In this document: positions 1-8,184 of the stretch, one piece after another
Layout: the number at the start of each line of letters is the position of its first letter
Position numbering within the stretch: the stretch's first letter is position 1
Origin: Candidatus Eiseniibacteriota bacterium
GTDB taxonomy: Bacteria; Eisenbacteria; RBG-16-71-46; DASYSL01
Direction of reading: 5' to 3'
Length of the DNA: 46,484 nt
Assembly (NCBI GenBank): GCA_046598045.1
Contig: JBKJJJ010000126.1
Span: forward strand, 1 to 46,484
Program-made: the position numbers and the translations under genes
Notes under the pieces: generated by a model
The model's input: the letters and a program-made list of their open reading frames with translations, nothing else
Databases searched by the model: none
What the model was told of the DNA's origin: nothing

Positions 1-760
1 TGGACGGCGACGAGCGCCGCGCGCCCGACGACGCCACGGCGGGGCTGCTGTTGCCCAGCAGCTGCCGGGTATCGATCGATGCCACCTTGGAGGTGTCGAC
101 GTCTTCGGGATTGCGCAGGGTCAGGTGGATCTTGCCCTCGTGCATCGCGAGCGCCATGCGCTCGGCCGAAGGCGGATCGACCAGGAGCGTGATCGTCTGC
201 TGGTCGGTGTTCGGCTTGTTCTCCTGGTCCCGCTGCTCGGTCTTCACGCCGGCGGCGAGCACTTCGATGTTCTGCAGGATCGTCTTCGTGGTCGCGATCT
301 GCTGCTGCGCCGTCTGGTCGATGGTCACGAGCACGTCGACCTTGTCGCCCGGCACCACGAAGCCCGACACCGACGACACCAGCGTGACCGTGACCGACGA
401 GGCGCGCATGTTCGGGCGCACCATCATCGAGAGACCGCCGCCGATGGTCGAGAGCTTGCTCGCGAGCACCGGCTCCTTGCCCGCCAGGAAGATCTTCGTG
501 GTCTGGCCCACGACCGAGTCCAGGCTCGAGTACGAGTTCGCCGGGACGCTGTCCTTGGGGTAGTTCACGACCTTGAGCATGTTGCGATCGAGCTTGGTGC
601 CGAACGGCTGGTCGGTGGCGGCAACCACGACGGGGCGCGTCGAACGCGTGGTCACGTTCGCAGCGCTCTGCTGGTTCAGGTAGAGGAACACCACCGCGGC
701 GGCCGCGAGGCCGAGCACGATGGCCAGGATCAGAAACGGCCCTCCACGATTCTGTGCCAC
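1..760 (-). CDS. cpaB: Flp pilus assembly protein CpaB (runs off the left edge of the window)
   Basis: Not in the ORF track. Manual translation from GTG at 760 (GGAGG RBS upstream): MAQNRGGPFLILAIVLGLAAAAVVFLYL..VVVAATDQPFGTKLDRNML (SAF domain)..MRASSVTV..VSGFVVPGDKVDVLVT..TKTILQNIEVLA..TITLLVDP..AERMALA..GKIHLTLRNPED, which are typical CpaB/RcpC motifs. Confidence 0.93.
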   Translation of the reverse strand, partial: MAQNRGGPFLILAIVLGLAAAAVVFLYLNQQSAANVTTRSTRPVVVAATDQPFGTKLDRNMLKVVNYPKDSVPANSYSSLDSVVGQTTKIFLAGKEPVLASKLSTIGGGLSMMVRPNMRASSVTVTLVSSVSGFVVPGDKVDVLVTIDQTAQQQIATTKTILQNIEVLAAGVKTEQRDQENKPNTDQQTITLLVDPPSAERMALAMHEGKIHLTLRNPEDVDTSKVASIDTRQLLGNSSPAVASSGARRSSPS

Positions 761-837
761 GGACAACCTCCTGTGCGCCGGACTTCATGTCCGGCTGGTA
801 AAACACGCCCGCGAACCCCTCCGCCCGCGGAGGGCGG

Positions 838-1284
838 TTAGAACGCCTCCGTGTGCATGATGGATTCCGCCGTCAGGTTCAGCGAGCTCTTCGAGACCGT
901 TCCGCCGCCCGTCATCTTCAGTGGACCGTTGAAGGCCCAGACAAAGGGTTTAACGGCACGAACGCTCAGCACCTTAACCCCTTGCACCCCGCCATAGTTA
1001 GGGATGATCCGGACGGTCAAGGTGACGTCCGAGGGATTGATCCGGCCCAGGGTCAGCACCGCGTTGGTCCGGTCCGTGGCCACGCTCACCGCCGTCGAGG
1101 AGCTGCGCACGACGCCCTCGCGGGCGCCCTCGCGGACCGCGGTGGTCATGGCGTTGTACTGGTAGAGCGCGCGACCGAACTCGGTGATCATGAACATCAC
1201 GCCCAGCATGAGCGGCAGGATGAGCGCGAATTCAACGAGCGACTGGCCCCGGCTGTCTTGGACAAAGTTCTTGCGGTTCTTCAT
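838..1284 (-). CDS. tadE: TadE/TadG family pseudopilin
   Basis: MKNRKNFVQDSRGQSLVEFALILPLML..EFGRALYQYNAMTTAVREGAREG is the TadE signature. The ATG overlaps the stop of the upstream peptidase (ATGA). Confidence 0.9.
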   Translation of the reverse strand: MKNRKNFVQDSRGQSLVEFALILPLMLGVMFMITEFGRALYQYNAMTTAVREGAREGVVRSSSTAVSVATDRTNAVLTLGRINPSDVTLTVRIIPNYGGVQGVKVLSVRAVKPFVWAFNGPLKMTGGGTVSKSSLNLTAESIMHTEAF

Positions 1285-1841
1285 GAGGCACCTCGCCACA
1301 GATACTGCGCCGTCACTCCCAGCGCGATGGCCAGTGCGTAGGGCATGTAGTCCTCGCGCCTGGCGCCCAACTCTTCGGCCTTCGGCAACCGGCCGGTGAA
1401 AACGATGTGCCGGACGAGCACCCATGTCCGGTGGGCCATCCGTGGCAGTGAACCCTGGCCCAGACTGTAGAGGATCGCGAGCACGCCACCCATGACCGCG
1501 GTGAAGAGCCCGATCCAGAAGACGTTCCCGACACCGAGCAGGGCCCCAAGCCCCGCCATCAGCTTGACGTCCCCAGGCCCCATCGCCCCCAGTGCCATCA
1601 GGAGGAGAAAGAACACGAGGCCGACTGCGAGTCCGATCAGCGAGGAGACGAACCCCGCCCCGCCGCCGGCGACAGCGTTGCCCAGAAGCGCCACCGCTGC
1701 CAGCGGAAACGTCAGCAAATTCGGGATCCGGCGCGAGCGCCAGTCGATCACGGAGGCCACCGCGACAGCGGCGAACGCGATCCACCAGCCCAGGTTCATC
1801 CCGGACAGCGGCGTCCGGTCCAACCCCACCAGCGCGTCCAT
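1281..1841 (-). CDS. cpaA: Prepilin peptidase, A24 family (CpaA/TadV)
   Basis: Hydrophobic protein with IDWRSRRIPN, MGPGDVKL and MPYALAI motifs, in tad operon context. Start is uncertain (1841 or 1799). Confidence 0.9.
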   Translation of the reverse strand: MDALVGLDRTPLSGMNLGWWIAFAAVAVASVIDWRSRRIPNLLTFPLAAVALLGNAVAGGGAGFVSSLIGLAVGLVFFLLLMALGAMGPGDVKLMAGLGALLGVGNVFWIGLFTAVMGGVLAILYSLGQGSLPRMAHRTWVLVRHIVFTGRLPKAEELGARREDYMPYALAIALGVTAQYLWRGAS

Positions 1842-1987
1842 CCCGTTGGACCCCCTCGGGCTGGGGCTCCGCGTGGGGGCCTCCGGCTCCGTCTCAAGGC
1901 TGGGAACCGGACCTCGTGTCCGGTTCCATACCCTGGAGTCATCGACTGCCACGGCTCAGGGCTTGAGGCCCCCGGGCCGGTTACGGA

Positions 1988-2146
1988 TTACAGGGCAGCT
2001 TCGATGTTGCCCCAGACGAGCGCGATCTTCGGACCAAGCAGCTTCAGGGCCGCGATCGAGACGATCGAGAGCAGGGCCGCGAGCAAAGCGTACTCGACGA
2101 GATCCTGACCTTCTTCACGAGCGATGAAATTGCGAACCGTGTTCAT
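1988..2146 (-). CDS. flp: Flp family type IVb pilin (52 aa)
   Basis: Below the ORF-track cutoff. MNTVRNFIAREEGQDLVEYALLAALLSIVSIAALKLLGPKIALVWGNIEAAL has the G|xxxxEY Flp motif and an AAGGAG RBS. Confidence 0.95.
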   Translation of the reverse strand: MNTVRNFIAREEGQDLVEYALLAALLSIVSIAALKLLGPKIALVWGNIEAAL

Positions 2147-2302
2147 TCGTCGACTCCTTTGGAGGAAAGTGAGGCGATTGCAGAAAGACCGGACCCCCGG
2201 GGTGGAGCCGGGCCGGTCGAGGGCCCAGCTCCTCCGGAGATCCAGCTTCGGGTTCGGACGCTCCCCCCTTGCAGGGTGAGGTCCGCCCCGAGGTTGATCG
2301 AA

Positions 2303-2461
2303 CTACAGAGCCGCGTTGATGTTCGTCCAGACCAACGCGATCTTGGGTCCGAGCAGCTTCAGCGCGGCGATCGACACGATCGAGAGCAGCGCGGCAAGCA
2401 ACGCGTACTCGACCAGGTCCTGGCCTTCCTCAGCGACGACGAAGTTCTTGATGGCGTTCAT
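2303..2461 (-). CDS. flp: Flp family type IVb pilin (52 aa), paralog
   Basis: MNAIKNFVVAEEGQDLVEYALLAALLSIVSIAALKLLGPKIALVWTNINAAL with a TAAGGAG RBS. Confidence 0.95.
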   Translation of the reverse strand: MNAIKNFVVAEEGQDLVEYALLAALLSIVSIAALKLLGPKIALVWTNINAAL

Positions 2462-2643
2462 GTTGACTCCTTAAGTGCGGTATCCCCGTCGACCCTTCCG
2501 GGAAGCCCGGGGGCGGTCATCGGGTGACCCTGGTGGCTGAAGCAACGGACACGGGGCCACTTCTGACACAGAAAACAGGTCGCAAGCCCCTCGCGACCCA
2601 CGTCCGGATCTCGTCCAGGCGCGCGTCAGGCGATTCCCACCTC

Positions 2644-2660
2644 TGCAATCGGCGTGCCCA
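2644..2660 (-). promoter_or_regulatory. sigma54 (-24/-12) promoter of the flp/tad operon
   Basis: Minus strand reads TGGGCACGCCGATTGCA: GG-N10-GC, close to the TGGCACG-N4-TTGC consensus, about 180 nt upstream of the first pilin. Confidence 0.7.
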
Positions 2661-3042
2661 ATTTTACCCAGGCTCGCGTAATGCAGTCCCCGACAGTGAA
2701 AGTCCTTCCACTGGTCAGGTTTAGGCCGGGTTCACGCCCGTCGTCCTGGTCCACCGAGCCGCCTGCGGAGGAGGGCTCGTTACCTCGGATTCGGGGCAGA
2801 TTCCCCAGTCAGGGGGGAAATAACGCAAACTTTAACCTTGGGGAGAGATACGACGGGCCCACTGGCTGACGCCATGGCGAGTTGAGAACGGGGCCGGCCC
2901 TTGTCTCTCCGCAAGAAACCCAAGGGCGCGCGCAATCCATGCCGCGCTTACCTTCATGCATTGCATGAAGGCGAAGCCAAGCTAGCAGGCCATCACGCAA
3001 CTTGCAATGGCCTGCTCCAGAGTTTTCCACATCTCTGTGTCC

Positions 3043-3059
3043 AGCAATCGTGGCACCAA
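3043..3059 (-). promoter_or_regulatory. Second sigma54-like site
   Basis: Minus strand reads TTGGTGCCACGATTGCT (GG-N10-GC with TTGC). Confidence 0.45.
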
Positions 3060-3188
3060 CGGCCAAGCCGCGCTGCGAGCGTGCGAACTGCCGCTTCCTC
3101 ACGTGCGAACTGCGTGCTTTCGGGGAAATTCGACCGGGACGGCGAGATCCGCGGGAAAAGTCGCGTCCCCGGGCGCCTCTGGTCGCGC

Positions 3189-5015
3189 CTAGCCGCGTTG
3201 CGCGCGCCGGCGGGCGGCCGGGGTGGACTTCGGCAACTTCTTTTTCGGCAGCGCGTTACGCCGGAACGCCTGGCTGATCGGCAGGCGGCGGTCGCGCCCG
3301 AACGCGCGCGGGGTGACCTTGATGCCCGGCGGCGACTGGCGGCGCTTGTACTCGTTCCCGTCGACCATTCGCACCACGCGATGCACCAGTTCGGGCAGGT
3401 GCCCGGCGGCGATCAGCTCCTCGGGCGACTGGTCCTCCTCGACGTAGGCCTCGAGCAGGGGGTCGAGCACGGCATAGGGCGGCAACGAATCCTCGTCCCG
3501 CTGGTTCGGCCGTAGCTCGGCGGTGGGCGGCCGGGTGAGCGTGGGCTCGGGGATCGGCGGCTCGTGGCCGGCGATACGCGCGCGTTCGTTGCGATGGCGC
3601 GAAAGCGCGTAGACCGACAGCTTGGGCACGTCCTTGAGCACCGCGAAACCGCCCGCGGTGTCGCCGTAGAGCGTGCAGTAGCCGACCGAGACCTCGCTCT
3701 TGTTGCCGGTCGCCAGCACCAGCCAGCCGAACTTGTTCGACAGCGCCATGAGCGTGTTGCCGCGGATGCGCGCTTGCAGGTTCTCCTCGGTCACGTCGGC
3801 CCGGGTGCCCTTGAACGCGGGGGCGAGCGCCTGGTCGAACGCCTTCATCATCTCGCCGATCGGGATCGTGAGCAGGCGAATGCCCAGCCGCCGCGCCAGC
3901 TCGGCCGCGTCCTCCTGGCTGCGCTGTTCGGTATAGCGCGACGGCATCGAGACCCCGACCACGCGGTCCTTGCCGAGCGCGTCGACCGCCAGCGTCGCCG
4001 TGAGCGCCGAGTCGATCCCGCCCGAGAGCCCGAGTACCACGCTCTCGAACCGGTTCTTGCTCACGTAGTCCTCGAGCCCGCGCACGAGGGCCCCGTAGAG
4101 CTCGGATTGCTCATCGAGCAAGGGCGCGATCCCGGGCGTGATCCGCGGGCGCCGCCGGCCCGCCGGCCGCTTCTCGCGCGCCAGCTCGATGCGCCGGACC
4201 GGCATCAGCTCGCGCCCGGCGGCACCGGGCGCGAGCTCGTCCCGCCGCCGCGGATCGTGCAGCCGCGCGCGGAACACGGACTCGAGATCGAGGTCGGCGA
4301 CGATCAGGTCCTCCTCGAACGCCCGCGCGCGCGCCATCGTCTCGCCGTGCTGGTCGAGGATCACCGAGCTCCCGTCGAACACCAGCTCGTCCTGCCCGCC
4401 CACCTGGTTGACGAACGCCACGACGGCCACGTTGTCCGCGGCCCGCGTGGCCAGCATGCGCTCGCGATTGCGCGTCTTGCCGCGGAAGAACGGCGACGAG
4501 GACAGGCAGATCAGCAGCTCGGCACCACCCTCCCCCGCCTGCGCGACCGCGGGGCCATCGGGGTACCACATGTCCTCGCAGACGTTGACGCCGAATGTCA
4601 CCGGGCCATAGCCGAACACCAACGGCTCGTTGCCCGCCTGGAAATAGCGCTTCTCGTCGAACACGGAGTAGTTGGGCAGGTGGTGCTTGCGGTAGACCCC
4701 GCGCACCTCGCCGCCTTCGATCACCGCGGCAGCATTGAAAACGTCGTCCTGGCGGTCGGCGAATCCCACGACCACCACCGAGTGGTGCACGTCCCTCGCG
4801 AGGTCGGCCAGCGCGCGCCGATTGGCGTCGATGAACTCGGCCTTGAGAAGTAGGTCCTCGGCGGGGTAGCCGGGGATGGTCTGCTCGGGGAAGGCGACCA
4901 GCTCGGCGCCGAGGGCCTCGGCCCGGGCGATGGCGGCGCGGATGCGGGCGAGGTTGCCGTCGAAGTCGCCGACGGTGGTGTTGATCTGGGCCAACGCGAT
5001 CCGAAGCGTCCTCAT
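3189..5015 (-). CDS. nadE: Glutamine-dependent NAD+ synthetase
   Basis: N-terminal nitrilase/glutaminase domain (FPEQ, YRKHHLPNYSVFDEKRYF, VCED) plus synthetase domain (LGLSGGIDSAL, ENLQARIRG, TGNKSE, PPTAELRPNQ, EYKRRQSPPG). Confidence 0.97.
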   Translation of the reverse strand: MRTLRIALAQINTTVGDFDGNLARIRAAIARAEALGAELVAFPEQTIPGYPAEDLLLKAEFIDANRRALADLARDVHHSVVVVGFADRQDDVFNAAAVIEGGEVRGVYRKHHLPNYSVFDEKRYFQAGNEPLVFGYGPVTFGVNVCEDMWYPDGPAVAQAGEGGAELLICLSSSPFFRGKTRNRERMLATRAADNVAVVAFVNQVGGQDELVFDGSSVILDQHGETMARARAFEEDLIVADLDLESVFRARLHDPRRRDELAPGAAGRELMPVRRIELAREKRPAGRRRPRITPGIAPLLDEQSELYGALVRGLEDYVSKNRFESVVLGLSGGIDSALTATLAVDALGKDRVVGVSMPSRYTEQRSQEDAAELARRLGIRLLTIPIGEMMKAFDQALAPAFKGTRADVTEENLQARIRGNTLMALSNKFGWLVLATGNKSEVSVGYCTLYGDTAGGFAVLKDVPKLSVYALSRHRNERARIAGHEPPIPEPTLTRPPTAELRPNQRDEDSLPPYAVLDPLLEAYVEEDQSPEELIAAGHLPELVHRVVRMVDGNEYKRRQSPPGIKVTPRAFGRDRRLPISQAFRRNALPKKKLPKSTPAARRRAQRG

Positions 5016-5157
5016 AGGGGTATCCTACCTTGTGCGCCGAAGATTGGGTATGAGCCCGGAACCGACGCCAAAGCGCCCCCTCCCTGACCGGCCGTCGACC
5101 GTGGAATCAGGACTTAAGAGATCCGGGGCGGCCCGTACCCAATCTTCAGGCCACAAT

Positions 5158-5185
5158 GGAAAGGGCCCGGGACTGGCCCGGGCCC
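5158..5185 (-). terminator. Intrinsic terminator-like hairpin
   Basis: GGGCCCGGG-CCAGT-CCCGGGCCC-TTTCC on the minus strand; the U tract is short. Confidence 0.55.
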
Positions 5186-5335
5186 GTATTCCTAACCGAG
5201 TGTCGCCCATCGTCTTCCCTGACGAACCGCCTTCCCTGGCGCCGCACCATCCGTGGTCGGCATCGGCATCGTGGGCCGCAATCCCTGCGCACTCACCCGG
5301 CGTTACGCCCGGCCCCCCCTCCAGGAGACTCTGGC
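5158..5335 (-). ncRNA. Putative CsrB/RsmZ-like small RNA
   Basis: Consecutive short hairpins with ANGGA loops on the minus strand (CGC-AGGGATT-GCG, ACC-ACGGAT-GGT, CGCC-AGGGAA-GGCG, TCGTC-AGGGAA-GACGA), followed by a 9-bp GC stem plus TTT. Boundaries are approximate. Confidence 0.6.
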
Positions 5336-5347
5336 GTTCCGGCACAA

Positions 5348-5364
5348 CGCCAGACTCGTGCCAG
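5348..5364 (-). promoter_or_regulatory. sigma54-like site upstream of the GGA-hairpin RNA
   Basis: CTGGCACGAGTCTGGCG: perfect -24 element (TGGCACG) and GG-N10-GC spacing, but the -12 element is TGGC rather than TTGC. Confidence 0.45.
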
Positions 5365-5541
5365 CCGGGACGCTTTCGGCGCGCTCCCTGGGCAAGCGGC
5401 TTTGCTGCAATCGATTGAACGTGCGGCGACGGGCGCGGCGACGGCGCGGCGGACGGGTCGGTGGGGCCTCGGGTAGGCACTTCGCACGGGCGGCTTGCGG
5501 ATCGCCCTGCAATCCGCAACGCCGCCCGCCTGCCCTCGATG

Positions 5542-6129
5542 CTAGTGCACGATGTTCTGCCGCGCGGTGACCACGGCGCGCAGACGGGTGAGCGTGAAGT
5601 CGCCCTCCAGCGGCGGACCGACCGCCGAGTTGAGCGTCACGCGGATCCCGAGTTGCGCCTTGTCGCCGAGGAACAGGCCGGCGAGTTGGGAATCCCCGTT
5701 GATCGTCACCGCCACGCTGTCGGTCGTCGCCGGGGCGAGCGTGATCGGCAACACGATGGGGCTCGTATCCGTGGTGAAGGGGTCGGTTCCGGCCCCCGAG
5801 ACGAAGATCTTGACCGTTCCCGTGCCCGAGCCGGTGGCATTGACGAACTTGCCCGCGGCGTCGATCGAGACGGCGCTCACGGTCGTGATGTCGCGAATGC
5901 CGGGCAGCAGGTTGATCTGCCGGGATGGGGTCACGGTCACCGAGTCGCTCACGCCGCCGGGGATCGGACCGTAGTGCGCCTGCGTCTCCGCGCTGGTCAG
6001 GAACGACAGCAGGTCGACGCGCAGGATGAGGTTCTTGTCGCCGCAGCCGGCGAGCGCGAGGGCGATCAAACAAGCGATCGATCCCCCGGCGATCAGGCCG
6101 GGCCGGCGAATTCGGGGTGCGGGCCGCAT
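5542..6129 (-). CDS. Hypothetical lipoprotein
   Basis: Lipobox LALAGC and a beta-rich mature region. ATG at 6129 has a GGAGG RBS and directly follows the upstream gene. Confidence 0.8.
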   Translation of the reverse strand: MRPAPRIRRPGLIAGGSIACLIALALAGCGDKNLILRVDLLSFLTSAETQAHYGPIPGGVSDSVTVTPSRQINLLPGIRDITTVSAVSIDAAGKFVNATGSGTGTVKIFVSGAGTDPFTTDTSPIVLPITLAPATTDSVAVTINGDSQLAGLFLGDKAQLGIRVTLNSAVGPPLEGDFTLTRLRAVVTARQNIVH

Positions 6130-6140
6130 GGACGCCTCCA

Positions 6141-7499
6141 TCAGTAGATCGCCAGGGACGCCGCGAGTTCAACGCCGCGTTGGGTCGAGATGCCGCGGCT
6201 CTGGGTGGCCAGCGCCACGTCGAGGCCGAGCTTGCCGAACTTGATTCCGCTGCCCGCCGTGAACTGCAGCAACTGGTACGAGTCGAGGTACACGCCGCCG
6301 CGCAGGGGCGTCGGCCCCATCCAGATCTCTCCGCCGGCGCGCGGGATCCAGCGCTCATTCGCGGTGCGGTCGAGCGTGCCCGCGACGGTCGTCCGGCCCC
6401 AGCGATACGCCAGGTTCAGGCTGCCGGTGACCGGGAACTGGCTCTTGAACTTCTGGCCGCGCGCGACCGCGGTCTTCACATTCGTGTTGGTGACCGTGTC
6501 GTAGGTGTAGTTGTCGACGTCGGTCTTGTTCCAGTCGATGGTCGCGCCGAGGTCGTTGACCCCGAGCCCGATCTCGAGCCCGTGGACGAAGAGCGCGAAA
6601 CCCGCGTCCGCGGCGTAGCCCTTGCCGCCGTTGAACGAGGCGTCGGGCGTGTGGCGCACGTTCGCGTCGTACTGCGCCTCGAGCTGCGTGCTCGATCCGA
6701 AGATCGTGTCGCCGGTCGTGAACTGGGCGACCCCGTCGCCCTGCCAGAGCGCGATGCCGCGCAGGTACTTCGCGCGCGCGCCGGCGTAGAGTGCCACGCC
6801 GCCCTTGCGCGGATCGCCGTCCGGTGCGCCGATCGCGGGCACGATCGGGAGCGCGGTGCCGACCATGAACGCCAGCGCGCCCTGGGCTCGGGCGCCGTCC
6901 TTCGCGCCGTAGCGCGTGTTGGGGGCGAACGGCTCGGCGTCACCGAGGGCCGCCTGCAGCGTGGGATCGAGCCGCATCGTGTTCTTCACTTCGACCTGCG
7001 GTCGAACGCCGCCGAAGAAGTTCTTGATGCCGAACTCCAGGTTGGGCGACGCGAACGTGCTCCCGAAGCGGAGGTCGCGATCCGGAAACAGGCGCTGCAA
7101 CTCTCCGAGATCGATCGCGAGCCCGTTCTGCGCCACGTCCACGATGATGTCGCTCGACAGCTCCTCGGGCTTCACGAGCTGCAGAGTGTACGGCGTGCGG
7201 GCGATCAGCTGCGCGATTTCGAAGGCATTGAAGTTGGGACTCGAGGAATCGAACTCGGGATGGCTGGCCAGCAGCTGGATCAATCCGAGAGGGAGCGGGA
7301 TCGAGCGGTAGCTGTCGCCGCCCTTGCCGCGCGGCACGGCGCGGTAGGCGACGTTCTGGGTCGCCGACTGCGAGACTTCCGAGAGGATCACGCCGCCCAT
7401 GCCCAGCCTTCGGGCGTCGGGGACCTGCGCGTGCGCAGGGGGCGCGACCAGCAGCAACGCGGCGCCCATTGCGCCGGCGATCACGAGGCGGGTGTGCAC
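6141..7499 (-). CDS. Outer-membrane beta-barrel-like protein of unknown function
   Basis: Signal peptide ending AHA-Q, then DARRLGMGG (like FadL/PorV/TraF barrel N-termini), amphipathic beta strands and a terminal aromatic residue (LAIY). Confidence 0.7.
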   Translation of the reverse strand: MHTRLVIAGAMGAALLLVAPPAHAQVPDARRLGMGGVILSEVSQSATQNVAYRAVPRGKGGDSYRSIPLPLGLIQLLASHPEFDSSSPNFNAFEIAQLIARTPYTLQLVKPEELSSDIIVDVAQNGLAIDLGELQRLFPDRDLRFGSTFASPNLEFGIKNFFGGVRPQVEVKNTMRLDPTLQAALGDAEPFAPNTRYGAKDGARAQGALAFMVGTALPIVPAIGAPDGDPRKGGVALYAGARAKYLRGIALWQGDGVAQFTTGDTIFGSSTQLEAQYDANVRHTPDASFNGGKGYAADAGFALFVHGLEIGLGVNDLGATIDWNKTDVDNYTYDTVTNTNVKTAVARGQKFKSQFPVTGSLNLAYRWGRTTVAGTLDRTANERWIPRAGGEIWMGPTPLRGGVYLDSYQLLQFTAGSGIKFGKLGLDVALATQSRGISTQRGVELAASLAIY

Positions 7500-7523
7500 G
7501 CTGTGGGCCCTCCGGTGGCCCCG

Positions 7524-8069
7524 TCAGCGACGGGGCGAGATGCCTTCGCCACGACGGAAGTCGCGATGGTACTCGCGCAGCGCCTTGCGGTGGGAATGAA
7601 ACGCGAGCTCCGGCATTTCGGTGAGCCCGAACCATTCCGCCTCCTCGGCGTCGTCCCCCGGCCGCAGGCGACCACCGAGGATGTGCGCGCGGTAGACCAG
7701 CAGCAGGATCCGCGGGCCGCCCGGGCCGCCGCCGCGATACGCGCCGTGCAGGCGCTCGACCTCGATCCTGAGGCCGGTCTCCTCGAGCGCCTCGCGGCGC
7801 GCGGTGTCCTCGGGGCCCTCTCCGTATTCCATGAAGCCGGCGGGCAGCCCCCAGAAGCCGACCTGCGGTTCGTAGCGCCGGCGCACCAGCACGACCTCGC
7901 CCTTCTTCTCGAGGATCACGCCGACCGCGGGCGCCGGATTCTGGTACGCGATGAAGCCGCACATGGCACAGGTCGGGCGGGGCGTGCCGTGATCGTCGAG
8001 CGGGACGAGCGGCGTTCCGCAGTGCGGACAGAAGCGGGCGGTGGGCGGACGCGTGCGCGCGGGCGGCAT
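7524..8069 (-). CDS. NUDIX hydrolase with N-terminal zinc ribbon
   Basis: FCPHCG..CAMCG..YQNP plus the Nudix box GFMEYGEGPEDTARREALEETGL. Confidence 0.93.
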   Translation of the reverse strand: MPPARTRPPTARFCPHCGTPLVPLDDHGTPRPTCAMCGFIAYQNPAPAVGVILEKKGEVVLVRRRYEPQVGFWGLPAGFMEYGEGPEDTARREALEETGLRIEVERLHGAYRGGGPGGPRILLLVYRAHILGGRLRPGDDAEEAEWFGLTEMPELAFHSHRKALREYHRDFRRGEGISPRR

Positions 8070-8131
8070 GAGGCGAAGGTAGGGCCGGGTTCACGTCCGG
8101 GCAAGTGCGCGTTCCGCCAGCGGGGCATGCG

Positions 8132-8164
8132 AAAGGGCCCGTCCCCCTTGCGGAGAACGGGCCC
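8132..8164 (-). terminator. Terminator-like hairpin after the PDZ gene
   Basis: GGGCCCGTTCTCC-GCAA-GGGGGACGGGCCC-TTT on the minus strand. Confidence 0.55.
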
Positions 8165-8184
8165 CGGGACTCGCGCGGCGTCCG

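Noticed and set aside
2462..2643. c-di-GMP riboswitch in the pilin leader
   Set aside because: The GEMM-I/II consensus elements were not found by eye.
5100..5440. RNase P RNA, tmRNA or SRP RNA in the nadE upstream region
   Set aside because: Their conserved signature sequences are not visible; the GGA-loop hairpins fit an Rsm-type RNA better.
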